From NCBI RefSeq assembly GCF_036321535.1, contig NC_087447.1, positions 46,254,001-46,318,000 on the forward strand: a stretch of 64,000 nt of DNA, written 5' to 3'. Shown in pieces: positions 25,504-38,428 of the stretch (position 1 is its first letter; each line of letters starts with the position of its first letter). The translations under genes and the position numbers were made by a program. The DNA comes from Camelus dromedarius (Eukaryota). The notes beneath the pieces were generated by a model. The model worked only from the letters and a program-made list of their open reading frames with translations, had not been told where the DNA came from and searched no databases.

Positions 25504-26479
25504 CTGATACTTCCTTCTCTTAGAAAAGCTCATGGAGAAAGTATTTAAGTATAGTGGGCAGCTTCCCATTTAGGAACTTCAAGCAAGTGAGATGTTAAGC
25601 CCTGTGGTCTCTAGATTTTGTAATTCTAACCTAACATCTCAAATCACCAAAGTCATGCTAAAAAACAAAGTACAGTTCTAAACTCTAAGGGTAGATGGTT
25701 TTCTAATTACTCAAAGATATTTAAACTACAGAGAAGACAAAACAATGATAACACTATCAGTAACACAAGTAGCAGTTAGTGGTTACTAGGCATGTAAGTA
25801 ATTCTTATAAATATCCAGATATCAAGGTAGGGTGTATCGTTCACATTTCATACACAATAGCACAGAATATAGAGTTTGAGCTGCCTAGATCAAATGTTTT
25901 GGTTGGAGTTTGTAAAATTTCTGTTATGTAATATTACTTACTGTTTTCTGTGTGTACTTTAATATGTAAATCCTAAAAACTAGGTCATTCCATCAAAGTG
26001 GACTTAGCTACAACAAAAGCATCTTCTGATTTAAGTCTTTAACAAGTGAGATACTGCTCAAACTGCTTGTATTAATAAAAACATGAAGTGTTTTAGAAAG
26101 ACTGGTCTGTATGTCTAGTAAGTATGAGGAATACCACTCGCGAAAGAATGGCCTAGGAAAAACAACAGCTCAACACAAGGGAGTGAGTCAAGGTGACTAC
26201 ATCTCAACATTGCCCTTATATTTTCCCTGCCAGCTGCTCCATCCGGTAGCCTGAAGCATAAAAGGGCTCCATGAAAAAGAAAACCTTGCCCTTCCCACAG
26301 AAACTCTCCTTAACCCTGATCCATCTGTAGGATCCCTGATTGTAATGTGTCTTTTTAAAATGGATCACCAAAAACTGTTATGAATTCTAACATTTATAGG
26401 AATATTGACTTTACCCTCCAGGTTAAAGATTAGCTCACCATCTAGAAAGTATAGCACTTAGCTGCTGTTGATTGAAAGC

Positions 26480-26580
26480 TATTAATGTAATTCTCATAAC
26501 CACACTGTAAGGGAAGAATTACTATCCCTACTTTGCAAATGAGGAAATTGACCTTCCCAGAGATAATATGAACAGTGACC
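26480..26580 (-). mobile_element. MIR SINE fragment
   Basis: ctcataaccacactgtaagg...attactatccctactttgcaaatgaggaaattga resembles the MIR core. Confidence 0.6.
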
Positions 26581-27729
26581 TTGGGCAATTCTAAGAGGTA
26601 AAAATCAGCCATTATGACGTTTGTTTTTAATGTTAAGGTTTCTAGTCTTTCTGACCCTCCTTTGCCTCAACTGTGAAAGGGCTGAAAGGCATTTTCCAAA
26701 ATCTGAATCCTGTTCATTTAAGATTCCCAACACAGCAGACCTTAGCTGTGCGCATTACTCCCAGAGCTGGGAGTACACAGATCACTGAAGCACACTCCTC
26801 TTAGTGTTCTCAGAGGGACAAAGTGTAGAGCTGGATTCTATCCAAGTCCAATGGCAAACTCCACCACTCCATAAACTAAACAGGCAGGAAGGCAGTGACT
26901 ATACCAAGCTTCAGGTATACAAACTATCACTGGGCGTGATACCAAGTAGTCAAGTGTAAAGGAAAGATCACTTCGTAACAATCAGAAAATGACTTCTGGT
27001 TTTGCTTTGGTTATTCCAATTAACTGGGGTATTTCCAATTACTTAATTGAAATAATTGTAGTTAATTTTATGTACCTACTGGGATACCTAGACTGTGTGA
27101 TCATTTAGGTTCCAGTTATAGTCATATTTCCTCTAACATCTCTAACTTCCATCCTAGTATTTGTTCCTGAAACTCATGTCTGAGTTTGGAGGAATCAAAT
27201 ATTCTTCCTATAAATAGAAAAGCAATCATAAGCAAACTCTTGTTTTGCTCACCTCAACCATGGCTGGGACCAGGGGAAAAAGTTTAGAGTTAGTGCCAAG
27301 TGTATGTTCACTGGCTCTCAGGGATGTTCCTGTGGTTCCTTTATCCCAAAAGATAAAAGGCAAGGCCCAGAACTCAGAGCTACCTCTAAAAATTGTTCTA
27401 ATATATCATCTAACCACCAAATTAACTGCAGGAGAAAAACTAGAAACATTCTCATTCAGTTCAGAGCACAGATTTCCTGAGGGAGAGTATACTCAAGGGA
27501 GTTACACAAACTCGGACCCGATTTATGGCACTCTTCCTCTGGAATTCAGCCTACCACATAAATTAGTTTGCTTTTATTCTCCACAGACTGTACAGTCCGT
27601 CAGCTCTAATATCTTCTGCATTTTAACATAAGTGTTGTAAAACCTGGACGCAGCCCAGACCCATTAAGTTCACTACCTAACCAGAAAAGCCTGAGGAGTT
27701 TACACAACATACAAGCAGGCATGAGGACC

Positions 27730-29990
27730 GCTGTGGAAACCTTTAAATATGCCTCCCAGATGGCCTACGAGAGGGAATGTGCTCACCTGAGTCTTAGCCG
27801 ATGGTGTGCAAATCCATCACGACCTTCTGCTGAGGCCACGCTTCTCACAAGCAGCTTCCCAGGCAGTGACTAGGTTTGAGAGGGACATAAAGTAGGACCA
27901 TTCCTGTAAGACAGAACACTTGTGAGAGGTAACTACGGCTCCTGGACTCATTGGTCTTACTGAAGCTTTTAGAGATACATTAAAGTCTAAGATGTTCGCT
28001 CCTTATCCTCCAGTCAGTCCTTTGCAGACGAGAGACTGGCATTGTGATCCAACAGCTCATTCAGCATCCTTTAGCTCCCTCTGCATTTTTTCACATAGGC
28101 ATAACCTCCAATAGGTCTCAAGTCTAATCCCATTCCAGTTATAAAAGATCAGAAACAGTTTCCCTTAACAGGGGATGGGCAAAAGTTCTCACATACAGTA
28201 TGCCTCAGGGGCATGTTAACTCTCTTCCTGTGCTACAGTACGGTTCTAAGATGTCAGGGCATCCCACAGGCCACCCCAGTGATCCACCAGCAGCATGATG
28301 TTGACTTGGCAAAATGAGCCCCAGGTGTTTAGTATACTAGAGGCCTTAGTAAGACACATATAGCTCCAGAGGGTAGCAGATAACTCCTAAGAATATTCAG
28401 AAACCTAGAACTTCAATGAACTTTAGGAGTCCAATGGTAAACAAACATTCTTAAAGTAAAAGGTCTTCATCTTGCATTTTCTACCAGAAAGAAATCACAC
28501 TGCATGGTTGGCCACCTTGGATTCTGAAGAGAATGTATTCCTCACTTAGGAATCCTGCTTTAGTCCCTGTACCAAAAGACATGGAAGAACAGCTTTGAGT
28601 GGGCCCAGAGCAGGAAAGGACTGTTTCAGATCCAGACTATGGTACAAGCATCACTGCCACTAAGGCCTTATGGGACTGGCAACAGGGGCAGCAAAGGAGA
28701 CCACGTGTGGACCAGCCGTGTAGATGCCCACGGACCAAGGCTGACTAGCTACTGCTGCCTCTGAACGCCTGTCAGCACCTGAGGTCCATGCAAAACCCAG
28801 ACAGAACACTTACTGCTCACGAAGGCCACTTGGTGGCAAGTCAACTACTCTGGGCCTCTTCAACCCTAGAAAGTACAGTGGTCTGTCCTGCCCGTGATAC
28901 ATACTTATTCTGGGTGTGGATTTGCCTTTCATGCCCACAGAGCCTGGGCCAACACTTCTCTTAGAGGGCTTCCTGAATGCCTGATTAACAGGCAGGACAT
29001 CCCACATGACACAGTACTGAGAGAACAGACCTTCTTTAGAGAAGGCTGTGCAGGATAGGTCTCATGACCGTGGGCCCCACGGGTGGTATTATGTTACCTC
29101 TCCAGCCAGAAGCAGCTGGCGTCACAGGACACCAGAGTCGTCTTCCAAAAGCAGTGGGGAAAAAGCAGTTTAAAAGGCAGCTCTTCACAGAAGTAGAGAG
29201 CCATCCTTTAGGATTCAGACTATGAACTGAACCAGATCTCTATGGTGCTCAGTCCCCAAAAGGAAAAATACAGGAGTAAAGAAAGAAAGGGGTAGAAGCA
29301 GGAGTATTTCATATGTCACTCCTTGTGATCCTCTAGGAGATTTTTGCTTCCTGTCCCCACAAATCTTAGTCTTGCAGGATTGGAAACTCTGGTCCTCAAA
29401 GGGGGGTCACTACTGCCAAGGGACACAGCAAGGGTCCCATAGAGCTAAGTTACAACTACCATCAAGCTACTCTGGACTCCAATGGCCAGGAGCAAGCAGG
29501 TAGGAAGAGGAGTTACTATACTGGCAGGAGTAATTTACTCTGAAGTGAAGAGATAGGGTTGCTTTTATAGGACAGATACAGGCAAGAATTTGTAAACATG
29601 TGCAGAAATCAGGTGACCCCCTTGGGCATTTTCAGGTACTGCCTTACTTCATTGTAACCATGAGTGTACGTGCACAACATCTCGAAGTAAGAAGAGTATA
29701 AGTAAGGTTTCAGCCTCCCAGGAATGAAGGTTTGATGGCTTGCCTGTGAAGTGACCCAAGATTTGAGATGGTGATGTTTGAGGGTGAAGGGAATTCCAAA
29801 TAGACAGGATAGTAACTGTGGCTCTGAGATGAGTTTCAGACACTGGGTGGATAAGAGTTCATCCCACTAACCTTTCTCTTTTAATTTTGCACTTAGCAAG
29901 TGAGGCCCCATGGGAACTATGGAGGAGCTGCTCCTAAAATCTGTTTGCAGGAGATCTGTGCAATGCAAAAATGGATTGCAGTGCCAGCCA
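27730..29990 (+). mobile_element. ERVL remnant: LTR16-like LTR joined to degraded pol (RT and integrase)
   Basis: About 27850-28110 is LTR16-like (gcagcttcccaggcagtgac..aggaccattcctg..tcacataggc..ccaatag). About 28130-28230 is RT-like (QKQF..GQK..PQG.VNS). Integrase-like remnants lie at about 28830-29200. Confidence 0.65.
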
Positions 29991-30045
29991 TTTTATATAT
30001 ATATATATATAATATATATATATACACACATATATATGCTTTTCA

Positions 30046-30612
30046 AGGGAACCCTGCCCACACACTGTTGGTGGGAATGTAATCTGGCACAGCCACTGTG
30101 GAAAATAGTATGGAGATTCCTTAAAAAACTAAAAATAGAGTTACCATGTATTTCAGCAAACCCACTCCTAGGCATACATCTGAAGAAAACTCAAATTCAG
30201 ATGATTAGATAAATAAGATGTGAGATATATACATATATATATGTATATATATAAAATACACACACACATACAATGGAATACTATTCAGCCATAAAAAGAA
30301 GGAAATAATGCCATTTGTTGGAACATACTTTGATAATCTCTAGGTCAATGCAAGCGAAGTAAATCAAAGACAAATGTCATGATATCACTTATATGTGCAA
30401 TCTAAAATATGATACAAATGAACTTACTTACAAAACATGAACAGACTCAAACATAGAAAACAAACTTATGGTTACCAAAAGGGAGGGAGGGAGAGATAAA
30501 TTAGGAGTTTTGATTAACAGATACACACTTATAATAACCTACAATGGAAAAGAATGTATGTGTAAGTGAATCACTTTGCTGTACACCAAAATTTAAAAAG
30601 TAAAATTTAAAG
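30046..30612 (+). mobile_element. LINE-1 3' end (L1MA/MB-like) with (TA)n/(CA)n runs
   Basis: Reads [28 protein letters not shown], followed by 3' UTR and an A-rich tail. Confidence 0.85.
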
Positions 30613-32973
30613 ATACAAAGTGAAAACAGAAAATGATTAGGAATACATTCACCAAGATTCAAATAGTCCAAAAAAGTGATCATGGTCCAGCTGGCACCCA
30701 TTTTAAAAGTTAGATCTTAAGAAATTGCCTCCCACATGTCTAGCCTTTCTAGGCTTAAACATCTAGTGGTTATCATGCCTCATTTCATGATTTAAAAGAC
30801 ACTGGTCACATGAAAATTGACAAGATTTTAAATTCCTACAGAGAAGTGCTGCTAAGTGCTATTTTTAAAACAAAATTTTATAGTCATTGGAACCACTCAT
30901 GGATCCAAAGTTCTAAGTCAACTAGCCTTTTGCTTTAGAAATCCAAATACTGAGTTTTCAGCCAAATGACCTATGTTTTTACATTTTGAAATCAAATTAG
31001 GTTTACTAAGAAGGAGACAGTCTTTGATAAGCAAGGTTAGTGATTGAGCCAGACTAAGGATAGAAGGTCTAAATAGAGGCAGTGAGGGAAAAGTAGGAGT
31101 CAAGAATTCTGATCAAGGACTAGGCAGAAAACTGTGTGGCTTCATTGTCCTCTTAGGTATGCAAAGGGGTATTTGTGCAGGAGAATGTAGGTGAAACTGG
31201 TCAGCAAGTGTGTGGCAGAGGTTAAGGGGCCAAGAAAGAAGTCTCAAGAGTCTAGAACACTGTACGAGGGCTGTTTTGGAGGAAGAATGCTATAATAACT
31301 ACTTAATCAGAATGCATGTTCCTCTTGGAAAGAGATCTCATCTCCTTCATAGAAAAAGGGCATACAGCTTCCAGTCTGTGCTTCATGATGATCTCTAACT
31401 AGAGCAGACCTTGAAGCCATCACATTGGAAGCCAGTGATGGAGTTGTTCCATGATGCAGATGACAATGCATTAACCTGAAGTCCAAGATGCCTACTGTAA
31501 CACATACCTCTGTAAAAAGTTTGGCAACAAGTTTATATATGCCCTTGTCCTTTTTCTTAGGGAACAAGTCTCTTTAGGGGATATCATCTCCAGAACAGTG
31601 TCTTTAAGATAGCTGCTTATCGCTTCTCCCAAAGAGAAAAGGCTACAGATGAATGGGTTGATGACAAATGAATGGGACTATCCCAATGTTGATAAATCAT
31701 TAAAATGGGGTGAGGGGAAGCTTCTCACTGAGAACACCAATTCCTAGTTTTCCTAAACTTTGCGCCATGCTACTGAAATATACAAGTCAGTACTGCGTAT
31801 CTTGTATTTTATGAAAAATATACTTGGATGACTTCAATGGAGAAGGCAATTCTGCATTTGGACAAATGTACAGATGGATGTGAGGCAAAATAAGTTGTTC
31901 TTGCCACAAAGAGGACTTCAATTATAGCCTGAAAAATTCTTTACTTGTGCCATTTCAGGAGAAGACATCTTTCATATTTCTAAGCAATTTTTCCCCTACT
32001 TAGACCCAGAAACAAGGTATGAGATGAAAAAATCCCCCAGGAGATTAATACAGTGCTCAGCCTGAGGGTTTGGGTATTGTTCCACTAGCCCATGAGGCGG
32101 AGACATATTTCCCGTTTAAAAAAAAAAAAAAACCTGCTCAAACTGGCTTAGGGTACCTGGATAACAGGAAATCACTGGTAGGCATGCATCGGCTTGCTCA
32201 ATCTTCAGGTAAGCTGAATAAATACCAATAGAATGTCACTGAAGCAAATCCTTAAGGAATGCTAAAAGATTGCCTGAGGAAACCAAGGGACAGGGACTGA
32301 ACTTCTGCTTCAGAAATATCACGTATTGTTAATGTTACCAAGTGGACCCAAAAATTAGGCCTTAAGCCAGGGACTGACTAAAAGGAGCACTGGGAAAAAA
32401 TGGGGTTGGGAGAGATGGCTGGCTTTTGAAAGTAACCAGAAACGGGGGGGTCCCCACTCTTCCCACCTAAGCCTATCCACGGCCTTCTACCATCAACCCC
32501 CCTGAAACACCATCTGCCTGTGGCCATTCCCTTTTCTCTATTCAGCTGATCCGAGGTAGGAGAGAAGGGGCAGGAGGGGTTTTTTTATGGAAAAAGGAAG
32601 TAAGGACCTTCCATAGGCCAAAGAGTCCATTATGTCAGGAGTACTCAATCTGGCAAAATTGGTATTTAGGCCCCTTTAAGGAAGTTACAGGGCTCCATTC
32701 CAAAAAAAAAAAAAAAAAAGGCAAAGCCACTGGCTTGATTAAACTTAGTTTTTTCACTTTTCTTGATCCATAAAAATATGGAGATTTTGTAGCCCTTTCA
32801 ATCATACAAACAAGGATTGATCTATTTGCATTAAGATTCTGGAAAAAAGTCAGACCGTCAAATATCTCATGAAGTGATATTATCTAGAATTCTGCATAGG
32901 TAGAATTCAAGGAACCTAAGAACTTGGGTTTTAAAGTCTAAAACAGGAGATTTGTGAGGATCCCTTGGTCCAG

Positions 32974-33800
32974 TGTAGCAGACACTGATGTGCCACCAGA
33001 CTTCCCTTTAGTGAAGCACCCGCTGCCTTAGCTGTTGTTACCAAGCAGACTATCTGTCGGCTTCTCCAGGGACTGTCTCGTCCTCAGAAACTTCAAGGCC
33101 ACAGCTCTTCTAGGGCAGCCCAATGACTGACCAATGAGGGGGTAGAATGTTGTTGATGTGGCCCAACTCTGGAGAAAGCTGGATGGCCATTCTAAAAATA
33201 GAATTAGCCCAGGCTACCATTCAATCTGTATAATAGTTTGATTTCTCTGCAGACTTTTTAACTCCCATAATACAGGGCACTCTAACATCCTGCACAACTC
33301 TAACATCCTGCACAACTCTAACATCTAATGCTGTTTAATTCAGTAGTCAGGAGTCACACATGGCTATTGAGCACGTGAAATGTAGCATGTTGGAGACCTT
33401 GTTGAGTCACATGCATTCCAGAACATGAGAAAAGAAAATGGTCAAGTTTGATTCATGGATAGATCTACTTGTGAGTGCAAGGCAAGGCTGGATGGCTGCT
33501 GCACGACAATCCCACTCCAGGGAGGCCTTGACTGACAGTGATGGGGGGGGAGCCCTCCCAATGGGCACAGCTTAGCCTGTGCACTTGGTTTTCATTTTGT
33601 GTGGGAAAAACTCCACTTTGAGGTTTAAATACACATATACCAGTGGGTAGTGGCAAATGGCTTGACTGTTGGTTAGAGGTCTCAAAGGAAAAAAACAAGA
33701 CAAGTTGGTGTACAGTAGATGCATGTGGATGGGCATATGGGAATAAACCAAAGTATCTTCATAGGGCATGCTAACACCCAGCAGAGAGCAGGTACCAGAA
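32974..33800 (+). mobile_element. ERVL remnant: LTR16/33-like LTR piece and RNase H fragment, with a short MER3-like piece at about 33340-33400
   Basis: tgtagcagacactgatgtgccacc looks like an LTR start. 33455-33700 reads in pieces W.AAA...DSDGGEPSQWAQL...WVVANGL. Confidence 0.55.
33279..33325 (+). repeat. 18-bp tandem repeat (actctaacatcctgcaca), about 2.6 copies
   Basis: Perfect direct copies visible. Confidence 0.9.
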
Positions 33801-34989
33801 AAGAACTCTCGTCAAGTAGATACTATATGAAGATCCTGCAGTATTTAGCAATTTGGAAATAAGCACTTCATTTCATACTATTAGAGGCCAAAAGAACAAT
33901 GTGGCCAGAAGGGTGAGGATGACTACCAGCTACAGAATTAGAGCTAAGGCCAGGGTAAAAACCATGACATCGCTGTTGTGTCTGTGAAGTCTGGGGCACT
34001 GAGAAGTCTCTGGAATATATAGCTAGAAACCACAGGGGTGATCACTTCCCCAGACCGGAAGAATGAGCACAGCCTACTACACAGCTATCTGCACCAAGTC
34101 TGCCTCATTAACCACAAAGCAAGCGTGACCAAATCCGCCAAGCCACAGAAGCTGGTGTTACATTGCCCCCACCGGTAGAAGGCGTGAGATCCAGGAAATA
34201 TAAATTCCATTGGAAATAGGTTCAGGCTAGCAAGGCCTTTAAAGGGTCAGAGAGAACATGAGTAAATGGAACTGCAGAGCTCTAGGAAAAGGCACCAGGG
34301 AAGGAAGATGGGTAATACTGAAATCCAGTTCACCAAAGTATCTTGGCTTCTTTCATTTCTGTTCATCCTGGTATGTTTGAAGTTTTTAGGACACTTAATC
34401 CAGTCTTAAGATACAAGTCCAGATGCATTAAAGATGTACCTGAAGGAGTTCATCCCAATTTTCAACACAGGTTTACAGAAGTACAAACAGATTGGCATGT
34501 TAAGCCCTGCTGTGCCACATGGAATGCCACCTTCCAGCTGCTGGGGAAATGGACAAGGACGACTTAATGCCCTTTGACCTGAATGTCAGACATGTGGAGG
34601 AAAAGGAATTTATCATTTGTTCCATAGCAGTGCTGTTCTCTTAATTCTATTATCTCAGAGTCTCTAGGCCCAGGTAGCGTGGACACTGAGGTTTGTGCCC
34701 TGGAGCCACAATAAGCATTGTTCTGTAGCTTCAAGACAGTATTTCAAGGTATAGATAGTATGAATTTGGTACATTTAAGTAAAATATAACCTCCATTCCT
34801 CCTCTTAAAGCCTTTCTTCTAGGCCTCCTCACCTCTTCCAGCCTCTCAGTTCCCACCTAACTCCCCCGCACTGGGTCTTCTCTGTATTCCAGTCCTAGTG
34901 CCTTGTCTCCTGCCCAGTCATCACTTGGTCTTTGGGCTTCCAGTTGTCTTCGTCTTGAGTTATCAGATTCTGTGCCCTCTGACCCATCA

Positions 34990-35442
34990 TGTGATGTTTA
35001 ATTTATGTGAACACCTGACTGACCAAATGTCTGGGCACCCCATGGCCCAAACACTGTAGGTGTATCTGTGAGAGTGTTTATGGATGAGATTAATACTTGA
35101 ATTGGTAGGCAGAACAGAGCAGATGCCATCCCTAAAGCAGGTGAACCTCATCCAAACTGCTGGATGTCTGGGCAGAACAAAGGCTGCGTAAGGGGGAACT
35201 TCCCCCTGGCTACCCTGAGCCAGGACACTGGTCTCTCCCTGCGCCTGGACTCCAGCTGAAACATTGCAGGCCCAAGACCTAAGAAGAGGCAGAGTTTACA
35301 CTATAGGCTCCCTGGTTCACAGGCTTTTGATCTTGGATTGGAAGTACAACATTTACTCTCCTGGGTCTCCAGCTCGACAGCTGTAGGTTCAGAATTCTTG
35401 GACACTAATTGTATAAGACAGTTCCTTATAATAGTTTTTATA
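34990..35442 (+). mobile_element. MLT2-type (ERVL) LTR, 5' part; the 3' end continues at 42555-42598
   Basis: Starts tgtgatgtttaatttatgtg and contains gtatctgtgagagtgtttatggatgagattaa and ctcatccaa. The terminus atatacacacccatttgccctgcttccctggagaactgagtgataca follows the L1. Confidence 0.85.
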
Positions 35443-36740
35443 AAGACGGAGAAGATGGCGGAGTAGAAGGACATTCGCAGGTCACCCTCTCCCACAAATA
35501 TACCAAGACCCACATCTACAGACCCACTCAGCCAACCAGAGCACCTGTGGAACTCCGACAGAACATCGCCCTCTTCAAAAGATAAAGACGCCAAAAATCT
35601 GGTAGGAGAAAAGGAAAAAAGAAAGAACAAAAGGCAAAGCAGCGCGGGACGGGTCCCGCGGGGAGGGAGCGGCAAAGGAGGACTGGCACTCGCTCGCTGG
35701 GTCTCCCCTCTCCAACTGAGAGGCCAGCGGGACGGAGGGGGAGCCTCCGAGGCTCGGATCTGTACAGAGCAGCCCTTGACTAACAGAACTAAGTTAAACG
35801 GGCACAGAGCATCCCCCCCCCCGACACCCAGCCTGAGACACGGGCCAGCAGCCGCGGGCAGCGCCAGGCTGCACAAGCCGGGCGGAGGACGGGAGGGGCT
35901 GCATGGAGGCAGCCCCAGGGGAACGCAAGGGGCTGCGCGCCGTGGCTGTGGGTGCACAGGGCAGAACAACCTGGGCCCTCCATAAAACAGCAAGGTTGAT
36001 GTGCTCTCGGGGGAAGGGTGCACACCCCCATCTCTGAAAACCCGCAGAAAGTTTTCGGGGGAAGAGAGGCGGGGCTCAGTCACAGCCGCCATATCCTCCG
36101 CGCTGAGCACTCAGGCGGGGGCGGGGGCGAAACCTGCATCCGCACCAAAGGGCTTAGCAGCCTCAAAGGCCAGACTGAGACTGGCCTGCAGCCCGGGGCA
36201 GATAGCATCCTTCCATCCTGGTCCCTCAGAGAACTTGCTCCACAAAGACAAACAAGGAGCTGGGTTTTGGCTCGGAGCAGGGACAGGGCTGTCCCTCAGT
36301 CTTCCCCGAGCCCACCTGTGGAGCGCCGACCAGGGCGGAGCGCCGACCAGGGCGGAGCGCGCAGCCGCACAGAGCAGCTGAGCTACCAGCGGCGGCACAG
36401 GTAGGGCGAGAGCGGCCCCCCCGCCTTTCTGGCAGGAACACAGCCCCTGACCGAGGTGCTGGGAGGGGGCACGACCCGCCTTCCTACCCGGCCAGTCTGC
36501 AACATCTGACTGCGGCATCTGGAGGGGCAGCGACCCGCCCGCCCACAGCAGAGAGCTGCACCTGACCCAGTGTTAGGAGGAGGCGCGATCTGCTTGCCGA
36601 CAGGTGCTGGGAGCAGCACAGAAGAGGGCGCCAATGGAGGGCCTCTGAAAACAGCAAGCTGAGCTTCCAAAGCAGGACTAAGACAGAAAGACTTCACATT
36701 AAAAGCACACAGACTCCAGGAGAACACCGACAAACACCCC
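35443..36740 (+). promoter_or_regulatory. L1 5' UTR internal promoter, CpG-rich, with YY1 motif
   Basis: AAGATGGCG at 35452-35460 near the 5' end; high CpG and GC content at about 35620-36660. Confidence 0.8.
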
Positions 36741-37129
36741 CCTCTTTTTTTTTTTTAAATCTGTTTTTACCTGTTCTATTCTCTATTACTCTCTTAATCT
36801 TTACTTCTTAATTCATTTCTATTTCTCTTGGGTTTTGATGTCCTGCTATTGATTAGACACAGGTTTCAAATACATCTATTCATCTCCCCCCCCCTTTTTT
36901 TGTAAAGGTTTCAAAAGGACGTCTCAACCCGATTAATACTCTGCTTCAACTCACTCTTCTATTATTCATTATACACTGTTTTCAAACCCTCTTTCTCCCT
37001 TCTTTTAAAATTCTCTATTTTTTTTTCTTTTTTTCCTAAGTTCTATTCCTAAATAGGCATCAGATAGATAAAATCCTTAAGGACCAAAATAAACAACTGA
37101 TACTCCATAAACCACAGTGCCAAAGAGGT

Positions 37130-38034
37130 ATGAGCAAGATGAAGAAGCAGAAAAACCTTTCCCAATTAAAAGAACAAGAGAAATCCCCTGAAAGAAAGAT
37201 CAATGAAATAGACATCGATAGCCTACTAGATCAAGATTTCAAAAAAGGAGTGATCGAATTGCTGAAGAAATTAAAAGAGATAGTGTTTAGAGATATAAAA
37301 TATGTCAAAAATGAAATTGAAGCTATAAAGAAGAGCCAAGTAGAATGGGTAAACTCATTGACAGAGATGAGGAAGGATCTAATAGCTGTGCAAAGCCGAC
37401 TAGATAATGCAGAGGAACGAATTAGTGATCTAGAAGACAGGGCAATCGAAAGCACCCATTCAGAAGAACTACAAGAGAAGCAAATAAAAAATAATGAAAA
37501 TAGCATAAGGGACCTATGGGATAATATAAAGCGTCCCATCTTCGCATAATAGGGGTCCCAGAAGGAGAAGAAACATCAAAGGGGATTGAAAAGGTTTTTA
37601 AAGAAATCATGACTGAAAACTTCCCAAACTTAAAGAAGGAATCAGATATCCAAGTACAGGAAGCTCAGAGGGTCCCAAACAGGAAGAACCCAAATAGACC
37701 CACACCAAGACATATCATAATCAAAATGGCCAGAGTCAAGGATAAAGAAATGATTCTAAAGGCAGCAAGAGAAAAGCAAAGAGTAAGTTACAAGGGAACC
37801 CCCATAAGGCTCTCAGCTGATTTCTCTACACAAACATTACAGGCCAGAAGGGAGTGGCAAGATATATTCAAAGCCCTGAATGAAAAAAAGATGCAGCCTA
37901 GGATCCTTTATCCAGCAAGGCTATCCTTGAGGATAGAAGGAGAAATAAAGAGTTTCACAGACAAAAAAAAAAAGCTGCAGGAGTTTAGCAACACTAAACC
38001 CATGCTAAAAGAAATATTGAAAGGGCTATTCTAA
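37130..38034 (+). pseudogene. L1 ORF1p (coiled coil, RRM, CTD) with one frameshift
   Basis: SRLDNAEERISDLED, RDLWDNIKRP, ENFPNL, PRHIIIK, IRLSADFS, YPARLS. A 1-bp deletion at about 37538 breaks RPNLRIIGVPEGEE. Confidence 0.95.
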
Positions 38035-38428
38035 ATAGAAAAGCAGTAGGATGCTACAGAAATGAGAAGCACACAACTGGAAAGGTGATAACTCATGAAT
38101 TACAAATAAAGTAAACATGAAATTATAAAAGAAGACATACAAATCACTGAGAGTGGGAGAGGGAGGCAGGGAAATATAGAATATTTTTTTCTTTCTTTTT
38201 TAACAGTAGGATGGGTTTGAGATCATGTTACTATCAGTTTAATAAAAACAGTTATAGTAATGGGTTGACAGATTTACAAAAAAGGGTAACCACAAGCCAA
38301 AAATTTACAAAGGAGTCACAAAAATTAAATAAAATCCATGATAATACAAAGGAAAATTACCAAACCACAAAAGGAAGAAGAAAGGAACAAAGAGGATATA
38401 CCAATTCAACTGCAAAGATAAGTTCAAA

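Noticed and set aside
35301..36733. GC-rich ORFs in the L1 5' UTR, including a 269-aa antisense ORF, as an ORF0-like gene
   Set aside because: Long ORFs are expected in stop-poor GC-rich DNA. The 269-aa ORF runs out of the element into the MLT2 LTR and has no recognisable homology.
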